From: Gracilinanus agilis
Taxonomy: Eukaryota
DNA length: 64,000 nucleotides
Assembly: GCF_016433145.1 (NCBI RefSeq)
Contig: NC_058136.1
Coordinates: 32,685,252-32,749,251, forward strand
Direction: 5' to 3'
The notes beneath the pieces were generated by a model that was not told the DNA's origin, searched no databases, and worked only from the letters and a program-made list of their open reading frames with translations. Position 1 is the stretch's first letter. Each line of letters starts with the position of its first letter. Position numbers and translations under genes: made by a program. Below, in pieces: positions 12,946 to 23,743 of this stretch.

Positions 12946-13574
12946 TCTTGGCAGTAGTTTCAAAAACTGTGTAGATAATTTTGCTGCCTTTTAATCTGAG
13001 GCAGTTCAGCCCTTCCTGCTTAGTCCTGTTGGGCATGGATGGGCCTTGCCTAACCTTTGGCCTTGTCTCTTCACTGTCAGTCTACTGTGCCTTTAGGATG
13101 ATTGTCAGTGGTGGGGGGACAAGAGCATGAAAGGGGGAGGTGTTGGGCAGATGAACTTCAGGCCTCTTTCTCAGTAATGCTGTCTTTCTCAAAGGTAGAG
13201 ACCCTCGCTGCAGGGACCCTGATGAATTCCTTGTCTAAAGTTGCCTTTAGCATTGCCTGGGCCACTGATTGTTCAAGATTATGTCCCAGCAGGGCAAAAG
13301 GATGCTACTGACCCAGGCAGGTGGCAGGGTTTGTGGGGGCTAAGCCCCAGGCCACAGTGTCACCAGGCCAGAGCAAGAGCTCTATTTTCTGGGCCCCCAT
13401 CAGTCCTAGGCAATATTGTTCTTGGACACATGACCTAGGAAAGGCAGTGGTAACAAAGACTAGGGATTTAGGATTCCATTGGGCTCTGTGACCATGTCTA
13501 GTTAAGGCTTTGGAATTTGGGAGAGTATGTCCAGCTGTACCAGGGTGATTTAGTCCATTCTTAAGTTTTGACAT

Positions 13575-13830
13575 GGCCTACCTACTCCTCTCGTAACTAT
13601 TCCTCCTGCATTCTGTGGGCAAACTGGTCTCTTGAATTTCCCCATAACATGATGTTTAATCTCTCACTTCCATGCCTTTGCACAGGCTGTTTCCCCATTC
13701 CTGGAATACTCTCTTTCCTCATCTCTGCCTCTTGGAATCCATGGCTTCCTTCAAGTTCCTGCACCAATTCCTTTACGAGACCTTCCCATGTCTTCCTAGT
13801 GGGGAGAGAGGGAGGAAGGAAAGAGAATAA
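13575..13830 (+). mobile_element. L2 LINE 3' fragment
   Basis: ctcacttccatgcctttgcacaggctgtttccccattcctggaatactctc...gcttccttcaagttc matches the typical L2 3' region. Confidence 0.7.
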
Positions 13831-13854
13831 GCATTTACATAGTGTCTACGATAT

Positions 13855-14075
13855 TTCAGACACTGTGCTAAACATTTCTTATAGATATTACCTTGTTTAC
13901 TCTTCATGACAACCTGCAAGGTAGGCACTATTATCAGTCCCACTTTGCATATGAGGAAACTGAGACAAATTGATGTTAAATGACTTGCCCAGGGTCACAC
14001 AGTAAGTGTCTGAGGCCAGATTTGAACATAGATCTTCCTGACACCAGGCCAAGCACTCTATCCATCGCCCCAGAA
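13855..14075 (-). mobile_element. MIR/MAR1-type CORE-SINE
   Basis: gaggaaactgagacaaattgatgttaaatgacttgcccagggtcacacagtaagtgtctgaggccagatttgaac is a reverse CORE plus head. Confidence 0.85.
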
Positions 14076-15179
14076 ATGACTTTATGTTTTTTGGTATATG
14101 TTCTGTATTATTGGTGTGTATGCTATTCCCTATCACCCTTCCCCAAGAAAGTTAGCTTCTTAAGGTTGGATTGAATTGATTCATGACATCGGTTGGCCAG
14201 AGAGCTCACTCGAACTCTCCTACATTCTTATTTTTCCTTCAGGTCCCTGTTGATCCTGGCACTTCAACCCTCTCTAAAAGCAGCTGCCTTGTCTGGATAC
14301 AGAGCCCCAAACCATTTGAGGTCGAAGGGCAATGCTCCTTGTTTTCCGGAGGTTCCCTTGCCCTCAGACCAGTCCTATCCAACCAAGACTGGCCAGTTTC
14401 CAGCTGCCATGTGTGACTTTTTGACTTGGCCAAGGCCCGGGGCCAATTAAAGGCAGTTTAGTCACAGAATAAGGCACAGAATCTACTTATTTACTGAGTC
14501 ATTATTCGATGAGGCCAATTAAGGGTTCTTGGATGGGTTTTTAATCCTTGTGAGGCCCCCATGGAGCCTAGGTGACAATATGTAATTAATAGGCTAAGCA
14601 GACCACTAAGTGACTCGTGACATTATCCACGAGGAGGAAGGCATAATCCCTCCCCCCACCCCCCGCCATGGTGGGCCTCCTTCTCCCAGGAAGCCATTCA
14701 GGAGAATCAGAGCTGAAAGGCAACAAAGCCAGAAGGAGGGAGACACGCTATTTGCCAACTTCTCTGTAATAGATGATGAGAAGCCAACAGGGCAACATAG
14801 CTGCTAAAAAAAATTAATTTTGTTTGGAGCTGCATTACTAGAGAGGCAGTGTGGTGGGGTGAGTATTATGTCAGTCTCAGAGGCAGGAGAGGCCTAAGCT
14901 CAAATCCTTCCTCCAACAAGACACATACATACAGAGTGAGCCGGGTGAGCCTAGAAAAGTCACATGACTTTCTAGTACCACCAGGTGATTGTCTGAGTAT
15001 AGAAGTCACAGAACAATTGTTGTTCTGCGTTGGTGAAGGGAATCTCCTCGCTAGGAATTCCCAATCTATGCCAATGGAATCCCAGTTCTCTCGCCCGCCC
15101 CCGCCCCCACTCCCAGTTTCTATTGTCTTCTGCCCTGCTCAGCTCACATCTGAGGTAACGTGTTTGGTTCTGGTTACCA

Positions 15180-15570
15180 CCATTTGAAAGGACTCTGACA
15201 AACTGGAATGTGTCTAGAGGAGGATGGCCAGGATGGTGAGGCCACTGGAGCCAGGCTATGCAATAATCAGCTTAAGAAGCTGGGATTTGGGCCTCAGAGG
15301 AAGCATGGCTTGAGGGAGAGGTGGAGCATGATCGCTCTCTCTAACAGTTGGAAGCAAGGCTAGATTTGCTCCTCTTGGCCCAAGGGGGGGAGAACTGGGA
15401 GAAGAAATGACTCGAAATTGCCAAGAGAAAGATTTTGGCTCAAGATAAAGAAAGGCCTCACTAATCGTTAGAGTTGTTCAAAGGTAAAATAGGTTTCCGT
15501 GTGAGTGAGTTCAGTGGAAGCAAACAGTAGGTGAAGGTGCTGAAATTACATGATCTCTTCCAGTTCCAGG
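15180..15570 (+). mobile_element. L3/CR1 LINE 3' fragment
   Basis: gacaaactggaatgtgtctagaggaggatggccaggatggtgaggg and agattttggctcaagataaagaaa resemble the CR1/L3 ORF2 end and 3' region. Confidence 0.7.
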
Positions 15571-17289
15571 CATCCTCAAACTCATTGAGTGCAAGAGACC
15601 GAGTCAGGCCTTCTTACTATGGCAGTCAATGGCTTCCAAAGTGGAGACAATGAAGTAAGTTGACCGAGTCACCTGTTTTTGGTGGGTCTGGGCGAGTGAG
15701 AGAAGGCCCACATTGTCTGGACGTGTTTCTTGCTGACCGTACCAGTATGCTAATGGAGGAAAGTGAGAAAGGAAGGAAAGACCAGGTGCCCATGAGGAAG
15801 CTAGAAGGCCTGAAATCCCAAGCTGGGAGACTATACTTTACTCTGCCAAGGCCACAGCAAGAGCGGAACAATGAAACCAGAGACAGTCTCATGATTTTCA
15901 CCTTGAAAGCAGATCCAAGCATCCTAGGAGGACGAGATGAGGTCGGAGGCAAAAGCAAATGGCAAATTATAGAGGATCTGAGGAGAATGAAGATGAGGAA
16001 GTTGGATGAGGAAGCATCCAAGTGAGAGCAGGTGCCAGCTCTGGACAAAGAGTGGTCCCAGGCCTTGGCCACCACTGAAAGCTCGAGAGAGTGAGGGAAG
16101 TGACTGGAATAGTAAGTGGCGGCTGCCTGGCTCTGAAGGGGACTCAAAGTTACTAGGCCCAACATCTGACCTACTTAAAGCTGTCACAGGCTGACGTCAA
16201 AACGTCCTCTGGATCCCAAGTGGATGCAGTGTTCTTACAAGCCCCTGCTTTATCTCCAAGCAACTGGGGAAGGAAATTCAATCGTCTCGATAAAAGGGTG
16301 ACCCCTATGTGAGCCTTGCCTTATTATTGCTCAGCTAGCTCTCGGGGCCAAAGGACCAGCTGGCCCTGGCACACTGAGCCTCTGGCCAAACTTCACTGTG
16401 GGCAACCTTGAAAGGCAGCTGTTCATTCATTGCCCTAGGGGGAGCTGCCTGTTCTCTCACACAACTCCCACAGGGATGGAACTCTAGGAAGCAGGCCCAT
16501 TCCTAGGAACTATCAAGGCTGCAGTGATCTCTAAGGGAATGTGAGGGTTGGGGCTGTCCGCAAGGAAGTTTAGATTAGGGAGAGAACATAGGGTGAGGGA
16601 GGGTAGATTTGGAGGCTGCCAGAGACATGCATTTTCATAGTAGAGAGCAATAACCCCTAACACCCTGACCAAAAGGGAAGAGACAGAAAACCTGCAAAAA
16701 AAAAGAAAGAAGAATTGACAGTCTGGGGACATTCAGTGCAGGGAGCAACAGCTCTACACGCTCCGCTGAGCCCTGGGGATAGCACCGTATTTCGGACTAA
16801 AACAATAATTTATTGCTCGTGATGAGGATCCTGAGTTATCAAGAAAGATCAAATGATATTCAGGGCCCTCTTTTTCAGAAGGCAGGGAAGTGCATTAGTC
16901 ATTGTAGAAAGGTCATCTCTCCGTTAGTACTAAGAATTGAACATTTTGGGCACTTAGTGTAGGCCTAGTGATAAATATTTGTCTGTAAGCTGAGGACCAG
17001 CCTTTACCTAACTTGGGGAGCTTCATCTCTAAGTTGGCCAAAAGGTGACAGATGTTTTGACCACTACAATTTGGTGCCTGGTTATGTTAGTGCCTTCAAC
17101 TGACTAACTAAGTCATAGAGTGCTTATGTGAATAATTTGAGGGAGTGGCTGTACTGAAAAAAACTCCTATACAATTGGAATCCCAGCTCTACTATTTATT
17201 AGGCATGCCCTTCAAGGCCTTGAAGCAAATACTAGGTGGATGACCATTTGCTAGATCTTTTGGGGAGGGTATTCTTGTTCTTGTTCAGG

Positions 17290-17990
17290 TGTGGGCTGGC
17301 TGGATTATACGACCCCTTGAGGTCCCATCCCCTTTTGAGAGTCTGTGAGTCCTTTCCTCTCTTTGGACGCGTTTCCTCATCCATAAAACGAGGGCATTGG
17401 ACTAGATGATCTCCAAGGCCCCTCCCAGTTTCGAATCCTATGATCCTGTGGCCTAAGCTGAGCCCTGAAGAAAAAGTAGTCCTGAGGGAGGGGGAAGACG
17501 TTCCAGATAGGTGGAAGTAAGGGCCGCAAAGGCAGAAACAGAATGCATTTGGTGGGTTCCAGAGAACAATGAATAAACTTGAATGGATAGAGCAAAGGAT
17601 TTGTGTAAAAGAGAAATTCGAGATGGGTGGAGGAGAAGACGATTGGGACCAGACTGTGAAGATCCTTTTGCTGTAGGCAATGGAGGACCATTGAATGTTT
17701 CTGAGCCAAAGATTTTTTTTTTTGGAAGATGAATCTGGAAGTCTGTGCCTAGGATGAATTGGAGAAGAGATCATAGGAAGCAGAGAAGCCAGTTAGGAAG
17801 CCATTCCAGAGGTTCGGTGCAAAGATAATAAGGGCTTGGACTAGAGATGGAGACACAGGGATGTAGAAGAGACAAATGAGAGAGACATTGTGGAGGATGA
17901 AGTGGCTGGAATAGGTATGAAGAGGAAAGACAATGGAGGAATCCAAGAGTGCTCTCAGGATCACTAGCCTTAAGGTTGTGCAAGAGGAGG
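17290..17990. mobile_element. MIR (plus, ~17290-17440) adjoining an L2 fragment (minus, ~17440-17990)
   Basis: MIR tail gtttcctcatccataaaacgagggcattggactagatgatctccaagg; reverse L2 motifs gtaggcaatggaggaccattgaatgtttctgagc and agagaagccagttaggaagccattcc. Confidence 0.65.
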
Positions 17991-19221
17991 CCCATAGCTC
18001 TTTCTTTCTCTTGTGCTGAGACTAGAGATCTTAGTCCCCTAGTGGGTCCAAAAAGACCTTCTCCAGTGTTCTGTTTGGCGCCGGGTCACTGTGGGGGCAA
18101 GAGGGAGGGGTCCAGGCCAGCTCTTCTACCTTTTGTTTCTTTGTTCTTGGTGTAGCTAGCTCTTCTCCTAGTAATTACAAAGTCTTGTCCTTCTTGTAGG
18201 CCTTTGAATGAGAGCCTGAGGAAACGGCTTAGAGATGGGTCATGTACCAATTTGAGTTGGCTCTCAATAGGTGATGCCCCCATTATCCTTTATACTAGGT
18301 CTCTTTGGATCCAAGCTCGATTTCTCATCTTTCAAACAGGACTGACCCTTTCTCGTTTCACCGCCTTTCTTCTTTTGGTTTTCTTCCCCTTGGAATATTT
18401 GGAAGCGAGCGACACATCTATCTCGTGCCCAGTGCCCTTCGTTCAAAATTGCCCTGCCAATCAGACAGATGAGACACAGGGATTAGGCTCTCTTGAATTC
18501 GAGAGAGGCTTGGACCTCATCTTGTCAACATTACTCCTCCAAATCCCACCTGTGTCTGGCATTGAGTGTTCTTGAAATGGACAGAGTGGCTATGCTGTGC
18601 TGGGGTGATGGATACGTGCCTCAGCGATGCCAGGTTGCCTGTGAACAAGAGCACGTGACTTCATTAAGGGCTGGGGCATGTGGCCAGAGCTGCCCCTCTT
18701 CCATCAATCCCTGGCCAGTAATAGACCATTCTTTGATCTCTGCTCTTGTCTGTAATGTTCAAAAGCTGTTAATTTGATTGCAGTTCATCAAGGCAGCCCT
18801 CCCAACCAGGAAGACTAGAAGACAGAGGTGGGCATTTGTGTCTAACAATTCCCTCTTTACTCCTGGAAAAGGCACTAAGTGTTTTGGGTATTTTTGCAGT
18901 TGGCATGAGGTTCTGTTCCATGTCCGTTCCAAGATCTGTGGCACTCTCCCTTTTCTTGCTTCTGCCTTTGGCAAGACTTTGGGATCTATTCCCCAGGGAT
19001 GCTGCTAGCCTTCTTGTTCTGGGGTATTTAAGAGAAGGGAATATGGCTGCCATTCTGAAGCTAGAGGAATGAGTTCCTGAGATCCCTTCCAGCCCCTAGG
19101 ATCATGATTCTGTGAAATGATGGTTTGCAAGTGGCCTTGGTTCAACTCAGCAGGTCTTAAGTACTGTCCAGGGTCTTGGAGACTGTTGGTCCAAGAGCTG
19201 CTTTATGTAGATGACTTCCAT

Positions 19222-19224
<3 letters not shown>

Positions 19225-19276
<52 letters not shown>
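19225..19276. repeat. (CA)n microsatellite
   Basis: Uninterrupted AC run read directly. Confidence 0.97.
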
Positions 19277-19278
<2 letters not shown>

Positions 19279-20129
19279 ATATATTAAGAGCCAAAAGGTT
19301 CATTAAAATGCCATCCAGCCTGACCCCTTCATTTTATAGATTAATTCACTGAAGCCCAGAGAGATTCATTGATTTGTCTGAGGTCACAGATATTAAGAGC
19401 ATGGTCAGGATTTGAACCCAGGTCCTCTGATGCCAAAATCTAGGACTTTTTTTTATTAAGTCCCAGTTCCTGTGTGACCTTAGTCAAATCACTTCCCTTC
19501 CTGGGCCTTAGTTTCCTTCCTACCTCTAAGCCTATTATACGTACTATCCTGGGCTGCAGAGTAACCAAAGCTACGGGGAACCAGATCTCCTTCCAGGAGC
19601 AAAAGTGATCCAAGGCTCTTTGGAATTCATAGTCAGTGAGCTGACATTTTAGAGAAATGTCAATTACTCCTGATACATGGCCCCTCCTGGGACTGGCTAC
19701 TTGATAACTGCCATGCAGCCTGACTGGGCTTTTTCCAAAACAACCCACAGGCATGCCCATCCTACTCGCCTGTTGGCCAAAAAGTTTGCTCTGTATTTTA
19801 GGGTTTAGAAAAGAGAGTCAGTATCTCCTGCCTAGAATCTGTTTTCTCTCCCTTTTTTTAAACTGCTGCATCCTTTTAGATCACCGTCAGGACCCAATAC
19901 TAAGCTCTGCCCATTGGCTACTTCCACGCATGAAAGTATGGTTAATCCAAACTGACCAGCCTGGTAACTGTGTGGGATAACGAAGGTCTCGTTGCATAGC
20001 TGTAGTCCACGGCCTCTCTGCAGAGAGGAGGGAAGCACGTTTCATTGTCAGTCTCCTTGAGTCAAGTGATCGCTCCCTGCCTTGCTCCATGTTCTGTAGT
20101 CTCTCGGTGTTCTCTGCCTTTGCCTTACT

Positions 20130-20300
20130 GTGGTAATAATGCTTGTAGTTTTCTGGTTCTTCTTTATTTTGTATCAGTTCACCCAGGTCTTCCTAAGCTT
20201 CTCTGAACGTGTCCTACTCACTGTTGCACGTCCCATTGGGATGTCCATTGTGGTCAGGGACCATAATCTTGTTCAGTCATTGTCTAGTAAATTGAGGGGA
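20130..20300 (-). mobile_element. Old, degraded L1 ORF2-end fragment
   Basis: ttctggttcttctttattttgtatcagttcacccaggtcttcc...cttgttcagtcatt resembles the reverse of the L1 segment at 8770-8900. Confidence 0.5.
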
Positions 20301-20440
20301 GGCTGACAAGAAGGTAGTGTTCGTACTGTAGGATGGCAACCATGCCTACTTCCTGGACAAATTCTAGGACGTTTGTGAATGTTTAGAAAGCAAAGTTGTG
20401 ACCACAGAGAGCCAGCATGGCTTCTTTAAAAACAGGCCAT

Positions 20441-20640
20441 GGGGAGCAGCTAGGTAGCTCAGTGGATTGAGAGTCAGGCCTAGAGACGGGAGGTCCTAGG
20501 TTCAAATCTGGCCTCAGACACTTCCCAGCTGTGTGACCCTGGGCAAGTCACTTGACTCCCATTGCCTACCCTTACCACTCTTCCGCCTTCGAGCCAATAC
20601 ACAGTATTGACTCCAAGACGGAAGGTGAGGGTTTAAAAAA
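20441..20640 (+). mobile_element. Full-length SINE1_Mdo-type SINE
   Basis: A box (ggtagctcagtgg), B box (ggttcaaatc), CORE and A tail; TSD aaaaacaggccat at 20428-20440 and ending at 20652. Confidence 0.95.
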
Positions 20641-20829
20641 AAAACAGGCCATGACAGGTCAACCTCATTTCCGTTTTTTGTGGAGTTACTTAACTGGTAG
20701 ATTAGAGGACCACTGCAGGCAGCACTTACCTTGTTTTTGGCCAAGATTTGGCAGCGTCTTTGTCTAGATAAGCATCCGGTCAGGTGACTTTGCAGCTGAT
20801 TGACTGGCTATCCCTAGAGAGGAATAATT

Positions 20830-21060
20830 GTTAATGACTTGATGCTAACCTGGAAGGAGGTCCCCAGTGAGTGCCCCCCAGGGGTTTGTGCCGGACCCTG
20901 CTCTATGGGCCACTTTTTAGCAAAGTCTTGGATAAAGGCATAAATGGCATGCTTATCAAATCTGCAGATGGCACCAGTGGAGGAGGAGGAGGAGGAGCTA
21001 ACATGTTGGACGTCAGAACAGATGGAACTAGCACGAGCGTCACACCAGATCCTTGACTGT
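20830..21060 (+). mobile_element. L3/CR1 reverse-transcriptase fragment
   Basis: ttggataaaggcataaatggcatgcttatcaaatctgcagatggcacc translates LDKGINGMLIKSADGT, a decayed CR1 RT 'KFADDT' motif. Confidence 0.7.
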
Positions 21061-22506
21061 GGCCCTCAGCATCACCTGCTGACATTCGGGGACGGACAGA
21101 TTATAGACAGCTAAAAGGGGGCGCTCCTGCTGAAAACTTGCCTTCGGCACTGAGCTGAGCAACAGGCAGCATGGCACAAATGGCCAGTATGGACTCCTAG
21201 AGAGAGCCAGAGAATCTGGGTTTGAATTATTCCATGGCTATTTACCAACTGGATGACCTTTGGCAAGTCCTTTCCCCACTCTGGGCTTCATTTTCTCCTT
21301 CTGTAGAATGAGAGATTGGGACTCAGTGACCTTTAAGATCTCTGCCCATTCTAGTCCTGTGCGCCTATGTTTCGGGGAAATTCAGGTTAGTCTCTGTTTG
21401 TGGAATGGCTGGATCTTTCTTTTCCCCTGAGGATGAAGGAGCAAGGGAGCAGACTGAGGCGAGGGGCTAGAGAGCCCAACCCTGAGATTCAAGTCCTGGG
21501 GTGCAGGGCTGACACAGCCAAGAGCCTGGCGTGGGTCAGATCGCCTTTGTGATTTTCTCGCCAGCCTCACGTCTTTTATAATTTCTTCCCCGCACCAGCT
21601 CCCTTGAACCTTTTCAATCTGACTGTAAAGCTGTTTCATTCTGGACAAAGGATCTTATTAAAGATTTGTAACCATGGGGTTTGTCTGCCAAAGCAAATAA
21701 CTTGGGCTTGGACTCCTCTGGGCTTGAAATTTGATTCATTCAGCTGCTGAGGCAGATGTTGACTTTTAGATTTATTAAGTGACCACAGGGCTCTGGCTGA
21801 TGGTCTTGGAGCAGGGGAGCGGGGGGCCTTCCTGCCTGGCTGGCACAGGGCCCACAAGCTTCCCCCATGAAGGAATGCAGGGTCTGAGGAGCCCCAAGAA
21901 GAGATCATTCCCATCCCCTCTCCCCAGTCCCCATAACTGCCAGTGGCACCCCTTTATTCTCTCTTGTCCCCGCTGCCTCCTTCTCAGGGCTGCAGTGACA
22001 ATGAAAGGACAGAGTGTCCTGGAAAGGGCTTTAAAAACTGTCAAGAGCTGTATTAGTGTAAGGGATGGCTGCTGGTGTTATTTAGGGCTCTGGGACAGGA
22101 ACTCGAAGGGACCGGGAGGCCCTAAGCAGGAATAATTCACGGAGCCCTGAACTGAATGCAATGGAAACCGGCATGTATTTATTTTTCATCTGAAGATTCT
22201 TTTTTTGTTTTCGTCCCCAAAACAAACTGAAAAAAGTCTCAGGAGCCAATTGAAGCTGATCTGGAAGCTCCATATTTTCTAAAACAATTGAACCAGAAGA
22301 TGAGAATATGCTCCAAATGGCCTCTGAACCAGACTGAGGCTCCTTGAGGAGCTATTTTTATCTCTCTCTCTCCTCTCCTCCCCCCTCATATTCTATCCAT
22401 CTCCGAGCCATTGATTCTTTTTCTGCAATATGTCCAAGCCATGTCTCTTCCTCGTCGTCTCATGCCTGGCTTGCTGCAGCAGCCTCTGAGCTGGCCTCTC
22501 TCCCAG

Positions 22507-22972
22507 CCTCTCTCTCTTCCCAAGCAGGAGGTAGAGGTGAGGCAAGGCTGAGAAATCAAGGAGGAGGAGAACATGGCAGAAGGGAGCAGGGGCAACACAG
22601 AGGAGACATTCCCTCTGAGGCTCGTGGCATGGCCCACGATGGGGAACTGGCTGCTTGTGATGGCATTTTGCAGGTGGGGTGTAGGTTACCAGGGAATAGA
22701 GACCGATGGTCTAGTCATGGCTTGTAGGAGCAAGGACCAGGCTTTCTTTGGGAGCCATAGAGTCAGTTGCTGTGAATAGAGAGGGCACCATAGTCAGAGT
22801 TGGAGGCCTGGGGGCTGGGGAAGAGGGCAAAAGAGCAGCTGTGCCCTTGGTCTCCTCCTTCTGGTATCTACGACGAATCAGTAGAATCTATAGAGCCTCC
22901 TGCCATGTTCTCCTCCCCCTTGATTTCTCAACCTTGCCTCACCGCTACCTCCTGCTTGGGAAGGGAGAGAGG
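22507..22972. repeat. 77-bp inverted repeat (arms 22507-22583 and 22896-22972, 312-bp spacer)
   Basis: Manual alignment of arm 1 against the reverse complement of arm 2 gives 72/77 identity with no gaps. The shared peptide AMFSS.LISQPCLT.TSCLGRER appears in ORFs 22386-22637(-) and 22800-23018(+). Confidence 0.95.
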
Positions 22973-23539
22973 GAACAAGCAGCTAGGAAGCTGCACCGTC
23001 AGATCAGTCCGGCCCTGACCATCAGCTTCCCACTGGCTGAGTTTGGTCCTGGTTCCCATCCCTGGAGAAAAGCTACTGTCCCTGGTTACATGGGTTGCTA
23101 GCAACGCTCCCTCTCCCTTTGCCTCATGCAGCACCAATAATCCATCTTCCTCCAGCACTGCTAAATCACGTCACTCCCCTACTGCCCCATTGCCTTTTTC
23201 TTCAGATCTCAATTTGCCCCCATGACTTTAAGGACAACTCATTCTCCCCCATTCATCTCCCAACTCAGTTTCTCAGCTCCATCTAGGAAAGGCCATTTGC
23301 CACCTGCCAGTGGCTCCTGCCCTTCAAAGGCTATCACATACACAAGTCCTGCTACTTGGAATGTTTGTCCTCTCCACTCCTTCAATCTTCCCTCCCTCTC
23401 TCCCTCCCTGTCATACAAAATCATAGATTCAGAGTCGGAGAACCTCCGTTTCATCACTTACTACCCATGTGACCTTGACCAAGTGATTTAACCTCCCTGG
23501 GCTGCCATTTTCTCATCTGCAAAATAAGGGCATTGGACT

Positions 23540-23743
23540 CAGTGATGGGCAAACTACGGCCTGTGGGCCAGATGCAGCCCCCTGAAATGTTCTATCTGGC
23601 CTGGAGACATCATTCCTGATCTGACGAATACAATGAGTAGGATACAATACAATGAAACTTCAAAAGAGTGGCCTTAGAAACAGACTGACAGAGGAGCATT
23701 TCCTTTCCTTTGGCCCCCTCTTTAAAAAGTTTGCCCATCACTG
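23540..23743. mobile_element. Non-autonomous hAT (Charlie-group, probably OposCharlie1/OC1-type) MITE inserted into a MIR
   Basis: Perfect 16-bp TIR cagtgatgggcaaact / agtttgcccatcactg; Charlie-like subterminal aaactacggcctgtgggccagatgc; 204 bp long. The MIR tail (ttggact...agatgatctctaa) continues on both sides. The 8-bp TSD is not cleanly preserved. Confidence 0.9.

Noticed and set aside
16766-16786. RE1/NRSE-like 21-mer ctgagccctggggatagcacc
   Set aside because: The right half fits, but four core positions differ from TTCAGCACCnnGGACAGCGCC; too weak without ChIP data.
18086-18446. Two overlapping Lys-rich minus-strand ORFs suggesting a frameshifted retro-pseudogene
   Set aside because: I cannot name a parent protein and see no poly(A) tail or TSD; a BLASTx would be needed.
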